DNA from: Ruminococcus bicirculans (ex Wegman et al. 2014)
GTDB lineage: Bacteria > Bacillota > Clostridia > Christensenellales > DTU072
Length of the DNA: 64,000 nt
Reading direction: 5' to 3'
Assembly (NCBI GenBank): GCA_963642145.1
Contig: CAVIFU010000002.1
Span: 9,023-73,022, forward strand
The notes beneath the pieces were generated by a model. That model searched no databases and was not told the origin of the DNA. It was given only the letters and a program-made list of their open reading frames with translations. Each line of letters begins with the position of its first letter. Position 1 is the stretch's first letter. Below are positions 52,165-60,426 of this stretch, piece after piece. Made by a program: the position numbers and the translations under genes.

Positions 52165-52995
52165 ATGAGTTACGCTGATAAAATTTTTGTCGAAAACATA
52201 ACCGACATATTGGAAAACGGTTTTAGCGACGAGTCTCTCGAAGTAAGACCCAAATGGACGGACGGCACGCCGGCGCATACGATAAAAAAATTTTGTATCG
52301 TGAACAGATACGATCTGTCAAAGGAGTTCCCGATAATAACTTTGCGCAAGACCGTATTCAAAGCGGCGGTAGAAGAAATGTTATGGATTTGGCAAAAAAA
52401 ATCGAACAACGTCAACGATTTGAAAACGCGCATTTGGGATGCTTGGGCGGACGAATCCGGCTCGATAGGCAAGGCGTACGGATACCAACTCGGAGTCAAA
52501 CATAAGTACAAAGAGGGCGAATTCGATCAAGTCGACAGAGTACTGTACGACTTGAAACACAACCCACAGTCAAGGCGCATTATGACTAACATTTATGTGC
52601 ATGCGGACTTGCATGAGATGAATCTTTATCCGTGTGCATACTCAGTAACTTTCAACGTGTCCGGCGATACGCTGAATTGCATCCTCAACCAACGTTCACA
52701 GGATATGATTACGGCAAACAATTGGAACGTCGTGCAATATGCGGTGCTGCAACACATGATGGCGCAAGTAAGCGGATTGAAAGTAGGCGAATTGGTCCAC
52801 GTAATAGCGGACGCGCACATTTATGACAGGCACGTCGATATTGCCAAAGAAATGCTCGGTAGGGAACAATTCCCGGCGCCCAAATTTACCATAAACAAAG
52901 ACGTCAAAGATTTTTATGCGTTCACCGTAGACGATTTCGGTTTGGAAGATTATCGGTTTACTCCGTTGGATAAAAAAATCGAGGTGGCTGTATAA
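52165..52995 (+). CDS. thyA: Thymidylate synthase (ThyA)
   Basis: LRKTVFKAAVEEMLWIW, RRIMTNIY, and the catalytic Cys in LYPCAYSVTFNV, plus DAHIYDRH. The ORF-track start at 52099 was trimmed to the ATG at 52165. Confidence 0.93.
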   Translation: MSYADKIFVENITDILENGFSDESLEVRPKWTDGTPAHTIKKFCIVNRYDLSKEFPIITLRKTVFKAAVEEMLWIWQKKSNNVNDLKTRIWDAWADESGSIGKAYGYQLGVKHKYKEGEFDQVDRVLYDLKHNPQSRRIMTNIYVHADLHEMNLYPCAYSVTFNVSGDTLNCILNQRSQDMITANNWNVVQYAVLQHMMAQVSGLKVGELVHVIADAHIYDRHVDIAKEMLGREQFPAPKFTINKDVKDFYAFTVDDFGLEDYRFTPLDKKIEVAV

Positions 52996-53498
52996 TGAGG
53001 GCTATTGTCGCTGTGGACAAAGAGTGGGGAATAGGCAAAAACAACGGTATGTTGTTCCATTTGCCCAAAGATCTCGCTTTTTTCAAAAAAACAACAATGG
53101 GAAAGGTCATAGTCATGGGAGGCAACACGCTGTTGTCGTTCCCTAACTCCAAGCCGTTGCCCGGACGCACGAACATAGTTTTGTCGGAAAGTATCGAGAG
53201 GGAAGATTGTGTCGTAGTCAAAAGTTTGTCCGCATTGTTTTCGGAGCTTGAAAAGTATAGCTCGGACGATATTTTTATCGTCGGCGGGGCTAAATTTTAC
53301 GCTACAATGATAGACTATTGTGCCGTAGCTTATGTTACCAAAGTTGATGAAATAGGCGAGGCTACCGTGTTTTTTCCGAATCTTGACGATAGAGAAAATT
53401 GGTCGTTACGTAGCGAGAGCGACAAAGAAGAAGACAACGGGCACATCATATCGTTTACCGAATACGTAAACGCACATCCGAAAAAGTTCATTTTATAA
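52995..53498 (+). CDS. folA: Dihydrofolate reductase
   Basis: IVAVDKEWGIGKNNGMLFHLPKDLAFFKKTT, VIVMGGNT and FIVGGAKFY. 1-nt overlap with the thyA stop. Confidence 0.92.
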   Translation: MRAIVAVDKEWGIGKNNGMLFHLPKDLAFFKKTTMGKVIVMGGNTLLSFPNSKPLPGRTNIVLSESIEREDCVVVKSLSALFSELEKYSSDDIFIVGGAKFYATMIDYCAVAYVTKVDEIGEATVFFPNLDDRENWSLRSESDKEEDNGHIISFTEYVNAHPKKFIL

Positions 53499-53506
53499 TT
53501 ACAGTA

Positions 53507-54142
53507 ATGAGTGTTTGTCAGGTAAGAAGAGTAACATATGCCGCGTTCGGCGACTCAAATAGCTACATCGTATTTTTCGACGATACAAACAAAGCTATCT
53601 TGTTCGATTGCGGAAAATCGTATAAGACGTACAGCGCTTTCTGCGAAAAGCACGGATTGGAAGTTGAGGCGGTCTTTTTAACACACGGGCATATCGACCA
53701 TATAGCGGAAGGCGCGTTATGGAAAAATCGGGGTGCCAAGATATACATTTCTCGCGAGGACGCACAATATCTCAATTCAGATCTGAATCTTGCATCGCGA
53801 TTCAGAGTCGTTTATACTCCGTACGAAGCCGATGTTTTGTTGGAAGGAGGAGAAACGATAGACTTCCACGGACACAAGGTGCACGTTATAGCCACCCCGG
53901 GGCATACTAAGGGAGGTCTGAGCTACGCAATAGAGGGTCTTTTGTTTACGGGAGATACGCTGTTCGCGGATAAAATCGGTCGTACCGATTTCTATGGCGG
54001 AGACTTCTTTGCGCTTCTCAATTCGCTTAAAAAAATCATTGCGCTACCAAAGAACACCATCGTTTATCCCGGGCACGGAGAGTGGGTGACGGTTGGCAAA
54101 ATACTCGAAAAGAATCCGTACGTGAGGTCGCTTAATGTTTGA
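53507..54142 (+). CDS. MBL-fold metallo-hydrolase (glyoxalase II-like)
   Basis: THGHIDHI metal motif, TPGHTKG and GDTLF. Confidence 0.87.
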   Translation: MSVCQVRRVTYAAFGDSNSYIVFFDDTNKAILFDCGKSYKTYSAFCEKHGLEVEAVFLTHGHIDHIAEGALWKNRGAKIYISREDAQYLNSDLNLASRFRVVYTPYEADVLLEGGETIDFHGHKVHVIATPGHTKGGLSYAIEGLLFTGDTLFADKIGRTDFYGGDFFALLNSLKKIIALPKNTIVYPGHGEWVTVGKILEKNPYVRSLNV

Positions 54143-55517
54143 CGTCAGGTTCGTATCCGAGCTTCCTGCATATATGAACGATGTGCAGGAAGTGGTAAGA
54201 GCCTTTGATCCTTATGTCAAAGTGTCCGAAGACGCCAAAGATGTTATCGACGTAGGCGTTGAAGAGCGCAACGGCGGAATAATTATCAAAATAGACGGCA
54301 CCGTCATCAACGGAGTAAAAAAAGACGTTTGCATTGGTGGGAATCCCGGAGAATTGCTATATAAGAGGCTTGCAAAACGTGCCGTCAAACAGTTGCTATA
54401 CAAAGAACTTGTCGCGAAAACCAATGTCGAGTTACCGTACGGGTGCCTTACGGGTGTAAGACCAACCAGACTTTATTATGATGCAATCGGTAGCTATAGC
54501 AACATAAAACAGCATTTTATTGACGAATTCGGTGTTGAGCAAAAGCGTGCAGAGCTGATAGAAAACGTCGTTTTGACCCAAAAGGGAATATACAACGAAT
54601 CCGGTATGGGAATAGATGTTTTCGTCAATATTCCCATATGTCCCACAAGGTGCAAGTATTGCTCGTTTATTTCCACGGAGTACCCGAGGGTCAAGAAACT
54701 CGTGCCTGCGTATATCGATTGCGTCAAGCGTGAACTTGACGGAATTAACGCGAAAATCGAGCAGGAAAATCTAAAAGTGCGTAGCGTATACTACGGCGGT
54801 GGAACGCCCACGTCTCTTTCGGCAGAGGGACTCGGAAGCTTGTTGGAGTTGACGCGTTACGGAGTGGAATTTACCGTCGAAGCCGGCAGACCCGACAGTA
54901 TAACGGACGAAAAACTTGCGGTTATGGCTGAAAACGGCGTTACGCGCATATCGGTAAATCCTCAGACGTTTAAGGACGAAACTCTTGTTCTGTTGGGACG
55001 AAAACATACATCCGAAGATTTGTATGTAGCATTCCGTTCGGCTCGCAAGTATCCGTTCGACATCAATATGGATTTGATTGCGGGGCTCCCGGCAGAGACG
55101 TTTGACGACTTCAAAAATTCCTTGGAAAGAGCCATCGAACTCGATCCCGAGAATATTACGATTCATACGCTTGCCATCAAACGCGGATCTGTTTTGAGAG
55201 AGGAAGGCTCGGAAAAGCATATGGACGGTACCGTGAGGAAAATGGTTGATTATTCGATAGACAAGCTATACGAGTCCGGTTATCGTCCGTACTATATGTA
55301 TAGGCAAAAGAACATGGCAGACGGATTGGAAAATGTCGGTTGGTGCAAAAACGGAAAAGTTTGCATATACAATATCGACTACATGGAAGAAACGAATACC
55401 GTGCTGTCGGCAGGCGCCGGAGCAATGAGTAAATTCGTGTATAAAGCCGACGGCAGAATCGAGCGCAGCTGCAATGCAAAGGGCTTCGAGGAATACCTGC
55501 GTCGCAATGCAAAATAA
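54135..55517 (+). CDS. hemZ: HemZ-type radical SAM protein (coproporphyrinogen dehydrogenase-like)
   Basis: N-terminal extension of about 165 aa, then CPTRCKYCSF (CxxxCxxC) and YYGGGTPT. Overlaps the MBL gene by 8 nt. Confidence 0.72.
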   Translation: MFDVRFVSELPAYMNDVQEVVRAFDPYVKVSEDAKDVIDVGVEERNGGIIIKIDGTVINGVKKDVCIGGNPGELLYKRLAKRAVKQLLYKELVAKTNVELPYGCLTGVRPTRLYYDAIGSYSNIKQHFIDEFGVEQKRAELIENVVLTQKGIYNESGMGIDVFVNIPICPTRCKYCSFISTEYPRVKKLVPAYIDCVKRELDGINAKIEQENLKVRSVYYGGGTPTSLSAEGLGSLLELTRYGVEFTVEAGRPDSITDEKLAVMAENGVTRISVNPQTFKDETLVLLGRKHTSEDLYVAFRSARKYPFDINMDLIAGLPAETFDDFKNSLERAIELDPENITIHTLAIKRGSVLREEGSEKHMDGTVRKMVDYSIDKLYESGYRPYYMYRQKNMADGLENVGWCKNGKVCIYNIDYMEETNTVLSAGAGAMSKFVYKADGRIERSCNAKGFEEYLRRNAK

Positions 55518-55540
55518 TGCGGAAAAGTTCGGCTTTTTGC

Positions 55541-55569
55541 TTTACAAATTAAATTTAATCGTGTAATAT
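55541..55569 (+). promoter_or_regulatory. Candidate sigmaA promoter for rpsO
   Basis: TTTACA (55541-55546), 17-nt spacer, TAATAT (55564-55569). It gives a leader of about 85 nt. Confidence 0.5.
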
Positions 55570-55659
55570 AATATAGCGATTTACCGAGTCCTCGGATAGG
55601 ACGGAATATTCTTTCTGGGAACACGGCGTATCAGCTCATTCGAAAAGGAGTAAACTACA

Positions 55660-55923
55660 ATGACCAAAGAACAAAAACAAGCAATCATCGCTAAGTACGG
55701 CAGAACCCCGGAAGATACCGGCTCCCCGGAAGTGCAAATAGCTCTTCTCACGAAGAGAATCGAAGAGCTTAACGCACACCTTTCGGTTCACAAAAAAGAC
55801 CACCACAGCAGAAGGGGACTTCTCAAATTGGTAGGTCAAAGAAAAAACATTCTCCGTTATCTTATGGAAACCAACATCGAAAGCTACAGAAATTTGATAG
55901 CCGATCTCGGTATCCGCAAATAG
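55660..55923 (+). CDS. rpsO: 30S ribosomal protein S15
   Basis: [40 protein letters not shown]. Confidence 0.96.
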   Translation: MTKEQKQAIIAKYGRTPEDTGSPEVQIALLTKRIEELNAHLSVHKKDHHSRRGLLKLVGQRKNILRYLMETNIESYRNLIADLGIRK

Positions 55924-55932
55924 GAAGTAATC

Positions 55933-55957
55933 GGGTGGCGCATTTGCCACCCTTTTT
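55933..55957 (+). terminator. Rho-independent terminator/attenuator between rpsO and pnp
   Basis: Stem GGGTGGC / GCCACCC with a 6-nt loop, followed by TTTTT. Confidence 0.82.
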
Positions 55958-56031
55958 ACTGCTAAATTATCGGTTTTAATTAAAAAAACAAATAAATTTT
56001 TTAGTTTCCACGGACGGAAACAGGAGGCAAA

Positions 56032-58131
56032 ATGAAAGAAAGCAGAATTTTCACAACAACAATCGGCGGACGTGAAGTTAGCGCGGAAATCGGCGGATAT
56101 TGCTCCCACAGCAACGGCGAAGTGCTTATTCGTTGCGGAGATACCGTTGTACTCACCAACGTCACAATGTCCAAGTCTCCGAGGGAAGGTATGGATTATT
56201 TCCCGCTCGGAGTAGACTTTGAAGAAAAAATGTACGCCGTAGGCAAGATCCCCGGCGGATTCAAGAAGAGAGAAGGTCGTCCCGGCGACAAAGCCATATT
56301 GACGTCTCGTCTTATCGATAGGCCCATACGTCCGTTGTTCCCCAAGGGACTTTTCAACGACGTATCCGTTATAGCTACGGCGCTGTCCGTAGATACCAAT
56401 ATCCCTCCGGAAGTTTTCGGTATGCTCGGTAGCTCCATAGCTCTTTCCGTATCGGATATACCTTTCAACGGACCTACGGGAAGCGTAATGGTAGGATATG
56501 TAGACGGCGAGTACATTATCAACCCCGACAGCGAACAACGCGAGAGATCCAGACTTAACCTTGCACTTAGCGGAACAAAAGACGCTATCATGATGGTTGA
56601 AGCAGGCGCAAACGAGCTTACGGAAGAAGAGATGCTAAACGCCATACTTTTCGGACACGAAGAGATCAAGAAGATCGTCGCTTGGATAGAAGATATACAA
56701 AAAGAGGTCGGCAAGCCCAAGAAAGAAGTAGAGCTTTACCACGCCCCCGAGCAAATCGAAGCAGACGTAAAGGCATACGCTCAAGAAAAAATCGATTATA
56801 TGTTCGATACTTACGATCGCAACGTTCGTGAGGCTCGTGAGGAAGAAATCACCGCCGATATTATGGCGCACTTTGCGGATATATACCCCGATAATCGTCG
56901 CGATATAGACGATATCCTCTATAAGATGAAAAAGGAATGCGTCCGCGCGATGATAGCAGATAAAGGCGTACGTCCCGACGGAAGAACTCTTACCGAAATC
57001 CGTCCTATTTGGTGTGAAGTAGGTCTCCTTCCCAGAGTGCACGGTTCGGCAGTCTTTACGAGAGGACAAACGCAAGTACTCACCACCGCAACGCTCGGCA
57101 CGATATCCGAGGCGCAAAAGTTGGAAGGACTCGATGACGAGGTATTCAAGAGATATATCCACCATTATAACATGCCCGGATACAGCACGGGTGAAGCAAA
57201 ACCTCTTCGCAGCCCCGGTAGGCGTGAGATAGGTCACGGTGCACTTGCAGAACGCGCCCTTGAACCCGTACTTCCCGGTGAGGATTGCTTCCCTTACGCA
57301 ATCAGGACGGTATCCGAGGTTATCAGCTCCAACGGTTCGACATCGCAAGCTTCCGTGTGCGGATCCACTTTGGCGTTGATGGACGCGGGCGTGCCGATTA
57401 AGGCTCCCGTAGCCGGCGTTGCCATGGGCTTAATCAAAGATGACGTAAACAACAAGCTCCACATTCTTACGGATATTCAAGGAATTGAGGACTTCTTCGG
57501 CGATATGGACTTCAAAGTCGCAGGTACCGCAGAGGGCATTACCGCAATCCAAATGGATATAAAGATTAAGGGCATCAACAAAGAGATACTTACTCGCGCT
57601 CTCGAACAAGCAAGACAAGGCAGATTGTTCATCCTTAATAAGATGTTGGAAGTTTTGCCGGCACCGCGCAAGGAAATCAGCAAATATGCGCCTAAGATTG
57701 TTACCTTCGGCATTAACCCGGATAAGATTCGCGACGTTATCGGCAGCGGCGGCAAGACCATAAACAAGATCGTTGAGGAAACCGGCGTTAAGATCGACAT
57801 CGGCGACGACGGCACGATATACATCGCTTCCAACGATGCGCAAGCGATCGCAAACGCAAAACAAATCGTTGAGGATATAGTAAGAGATTTTGAGGTCGGC
57901 GACGAGTTCGACGGTACCGTCATAAAAATCATGGAGAACGAAAAGGGACAATTCGGCGCATCCGTAAAACTTACTACGAACAAAGACGGCATGATCCATA
58001 TCAGCAAGCTATCCAAGGAACGCGTCGAAAAGGTTACCGACGTCGTAAACGTAGGAGACAAAGTAAAAGTCAGAATAATAAAAATTGACGAGAAACAAAG
58101 AATAGATCTTAAACTCATCAAAAAATTATAA
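56032..58131 (+). CDS. pnp: Polyribonucleotide nucleotidyltransferase (PNPase)
   Basis: Two RNase PH domains (REGRPGDKAILTSRLIDRPIRPLF, GRREIGHGALAERAL), a KH domain (VIGSGGKTINKI) and an S1 domain. Confidence 0.97.
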   Translation: MKESRIFTTTIGGREVSAEIGGYCSHSNGEVLIRCGDTVVLTNVTMSKSPREGMDYFPLGVDFEEKMYAVGKIPGGFKKREGRPGDKAILTSRLIDRPIRPLFPKGLFNDVSVIATALSVDTNIPPEVFGMLGSSIALSVSDIPFNGPTGSVMVGYVDGEYIINPDSEQRERSRLNLALSGTKDAIMMVEAGANELTEEEMLNAILFGHEEIKKIVAWIEDIQKEVGKPKKEVELYHAPEQIEADVKAYAQEKIDYMFDTYDRNVREAREEEITADIMAHFADIYPDNRRDIDDILYKMKKECVRAMIADKGVRPDGRTLTEIRPIWCEVGLLPRVHGSAVFTRGQTQVLTTATLGTISEAQKLEGLDDEVFKRYIHHYNMPGYSTGEAKPLRSPGRREIGHGALAERALEPVLPGEDCFPYAIRTVSEVISSNGSTSQASVCGSTLALMDAGVPIKAPVAGVAMGLIKDDVNNKLHILTDIQGIEDFFGDMDFKVAGTAEGITAIQMDIKIKGINKEILTRALEQARQGRLFILNKMLEVLPAPRKEISKYAPKIVTFGINPDKIRDVIGSGGKTINKIVEETGVKIDIGDDGTIYIASNDAQAIANAKQIVEDIVRDFEVGDEFDGTVIKIMENEKGQFGASVKLTTNKDGMIHISKLSKERVEKVTDVVNVGDKVKVRIIKIDEKQRIDLKLIKKL

Positions 58132-58158
58132 TCAACGCAATAATTAACGGAGGTTACT

Positions 58159-58854
58159 ATGCAATATACTCATGAAGTAGACAACATGGTTTGCGTAGCT
58201 AAGGGACCGCACCATGGTCCCGCTCCCATTCCGGAAGAAGGAAAATGGGTCAAGGCAACGGAAATCAAAGACATCAGCGGACTTACCCACGGTGTGGGCT
58301 GGTGCGCTCCGCAACAAGGCGCTTGCAAGCTTACTCTTAACATCAAAGACGGCATCATAGAAGAAGCGTTGGTCGAAACCATCGGTTGCTCCGGTATGAC
58401 GCATTCTGCGGCAATGGCTGCGGAAATTCTCCCCGGCAAGACCATACTCGAAGCCCTTAATACAGACCTCGTGTGCGACGCTATCAACACCGCAATGCGT
58501 GAGCTCTTCCTCCAAATCGTTTACGGCAGAAGCCAATCCGCATTCTCCGAAAACGGACTTTCCATAGGTGCCGGTCTTGAAGATCTCGGCAAGGGACTTC
58601 GCAGCCAAATCGGCACGATGTATTCCACCAAGTCCAAGGGCGTAAGATACTTGGAAATGGCTGAAGGTTACGTAACTCGCATCGGACTTGACGAAGACGG
58701 CGAAGTTATCGGCTATGAGTTCATACGTCTCGGTCAAATGCTTGAACAAATCACCGTTAAGGGTGTCGAACCTGCCGAAGCACTCAAAAAGTGCACCGGC
58801 ACTTACGGTCGTTTTGCCGAAGCCGTTACCAAAATCAATCCGAGAATTCAATAG
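58159..58854 (+). CDS. Divergent NifU-N/IscU-like protein (231 aa) with a C-terminal extension
   Basis: The region GVGWCAPQQGACKLTLNIKDGIIEEALVETIGCSGMTHSAAMAAEILPGKTILEAL parallels the IscU core (CGD...GC...). The gene starts 27 nt after the pnp stop and has RBS GGAGG. Confidence 0.65.
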   Translation: MQYTHEVDNMVCVAKGPHHGPAPIPEEGKWVKATEIKDISGLTHGVGWCAPQQGACKLTLNIKDGIIEEALVETIGCSGMTHSAAMAAEILPGKTILEALNTDLVCDAINTAMRELFLQIVYGRSQSAFSENGLSIGAGLEDLGKGLRSQIGTMYSTKSKGVRYLEMAEGYVTRIGLDEDGEVIGYEFIRLGQMLEQITVKGVEPAEALKKCTGTYGRFAEAVTKINPRIQ

Positions 58855-58865
58855 GGAGGCGCAAC

Positions 58866-59867
58866 ATGGCTGTTAAATTTGAAGGTTACGATAGAAGAAT
58901 AGATAAAATCAATGCGTTCCTTGCGGCAAACGGCATTGCGAGCTTAGAAGAAGCCAAAGCAATTTGCGACGACAAGGGTGTAGATGTAGAATCGATTGTC
59001 AAGGGTGTGCAACCTATAGCTTTCGATAACGCGGTATGGGCATACACCATCGGCTGCGCGTATGCAATCAAAAAGGGCATATCCAAGGCTGCCGATGCGG
59101 CTGAAGCAATAGGACAGGGACTCCAAGCATTTTGCGTTCCCGGCTCCGTTGCCGATACCCGTAAAGTAGGTCTCGGACACGGCAATCTTGCCGCAAAACT
59201 CCTTCGCGAAGAAACCAAGTGCTTTGCATTCGTAGCAGGGCACGAAAGCTTTGCCGCGGCAGAAGGTGCAATAGGCATCGCACGTTCGGCAAATAAAGTT
59301 CGCAAAGAGCCTCTACGCGTCATACTTAACGGACTTGGCAAAGACGCTGCGTACATCATCAGCCGTATCAACGGATTTACTTATGTCCAAACGGATTATA
59401 ATCAATATACGGACGAACTCACCGTTGTTAAAGAAAAAGCATATAGCAACGGCGAAAAAGCAAAAGTAAGATGCTATGGCGCGAATGACGTCAACGAAGG
59501 CGTTGCGATCATGAGAAAAGAGGGCGTTGACGTCGGTATTACCGGCAACAGCACTAACCCCACGCGTTTCCAACATCCCGTAAGCGGCACATACAAAAAA
59601 TGGTGCATTGAGAACGGCAAGACTTATTTCTCGGTGGCATCCGGTGGCGGCACGGGCAGAACTCTGCATCCGGACAACATGGCGGCCGGTCCCGCGTCTT
59701 ACGGAATGACCGACACTATGGGCAGAATGCACAGTGACGCACAATTTGCCGGTTCCAGCTCCGTTCCCGCACACGTGGAAATGATGGGCTTGATAGGTAT
59801 GGGTAATAACCCGATGGTAGGCGCTACCGTGGCGTTAGCCGTCGCTATAGAAGAAGCAAGCAAATAG
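58866..59867 (+). CDS. GGGtGRT family protein (function unknown)
   Basis: Eponymous motif GGGTGRT at aa 260-266 (nt 59643-59663), 333 aa. The ORF-track start at 58791 was trimmed to the ATG at 58866, which follows GGGAGG. Confidence 0.8.
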   Translation: MAVKFEGYDRRIDKINAFLAANGIASLEEAKAICDDKGVDVESIVKGVQPIAFDNAVWAYTIGCAYAIKKGISKAADAAEAIGQGLQAFCVPGSVADTRKVGLGHGNLAAKLLREETKCFAFVAGHESFAAAEGAIGIARSANKVRKEPLRVILNGLGKDAAYIISRINGFTYVQTDYNQYTDELTVVKEKAYSNGEKAKVRCYGANDVNEGVAIMRKEGVDVGITGNSTNPTRFQHPVSGTYKKWCIENGKTYFSVASGGGTGRTLHPDNMAAGPASYGMTDTMGRMHSDAQFAGSSSVPAHVEMMGLIGMGNNPMVGATVALAVAIEEASK

Positions 59868-59916
59868 CATTACTTCTACCCAAACAGGCAACAGCGTTGT
59901 TTTGAAAAAACGGCGA

Positions 59917-59981
59917 ATTCTCATTGCAAATGCGGCAGTATCGTCATTGTTGCATTTGCTTTGAGAATGCCTGTCTTTTTT
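59917..59981 (+). terminator. Long imperfect hairpin plus T-run after the GGGtGRT gene (putative terminator)
   Basis: 17-nt arms ATTCTCATTGCAAATGC / GCATTTGCTTTGAGAAT (2 mismatches) with an 18-nt loop. A TTTTTTT run at 59975-59981 lies 6 nt after the stem. Confidence 0.45.
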
Positions 59982-59992
59982 AAGAAAAACGT

Positions 59993-60021
59993 TTGACAAA
60001 TGCTTTTATAAATGCTATTAT
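59993..60021 (+). promoter_or_regulatory. SigmaA-type promoter for tRNA-Ala
   Basis: TTGACA (59993-59998), 17-nt spacer, TATTAT (60016-60021). The tRNA starts at 60039. Confidence 0.6.
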
Positions 60022-60038
60022 CTTTACGTTATCAACTT

Positions 60039-60114
60039 GGGGATATGGCTCAGTTGGTAGAGCGATGCGTTCGCAACGCATAGGCCAGGGGTTCGAATCC
60101 CCTTATCTCCACCA
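60039..60114 (+). tRNA. tRNA-Ala (anticodon CGC), CCA encoded
   Basis: Manual cloverleaf fold, 76 nt in total. Acceptor GGGGATA/TATCTCC carries the G3:U70 Ala identity pair. D arm is GCTC-AGTTGGTA-GAGC. The anticodon arm is ATGCG-TTCGCAA-CGCAT, and the T arm is AGGGG-TTCGAAT-CCCCT. The 3' end is ACCA. Confidence 0.93.
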
Positions 60115-60123
60115 ATGTAAAGG

Positions 60124-60146
60124 AAACCGCCTTTTAGGCGGTTTTT
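60124..60146 (+). terminator. Rho-independent terminator after tRNA-Ala
   Basis: Stem AAACCGCC / GGCGGTTT with a 5-nt loop, followed by a T-run. Confidence 0.8.
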
Positions 60147-60426
60147 GCTTGTTTTTTTGCGAGCTTTGGCTCATTTTATTCTACGCTAATTTAACGGCTT
60201 TTAATTTTTTGTACATGCTTTTGTACCTGTCTCGGCTAAGGGCGATAAAATCTTGCTTTTTGATAGGGTGGGCTTAGATTCTTTGTTAAATCGCGCGAAT
60301 ACTTGATGGAAATTGCTTTATTTTTGGTTGTAAATGTTGTACAATATGTACGATGGGAAGTTTGGATTCCCGGACAATTGCCGACACATCGGCAGTAAAC
60401 TCATATAATATAAAGAGGTATCTGTA

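Noticed and set aside
55636-56538. A 300-aa minus-strand ORF covering rpsO, the rpsO terminator and the 5' end of pnp.
   Set aside because: It is antisense to S15 and PNPase and crosses a terminator hairpin. It has no RBS or motifs, so it is a shadow ORF.
59993-60277. A 94-aa + strand ORF overlapping the tRNA-Ala gene and its terminator.
   Set aside because: The region is explained by a canonical tRNA with its own promoter and terminator, so the ORF is a reading-frame accident.
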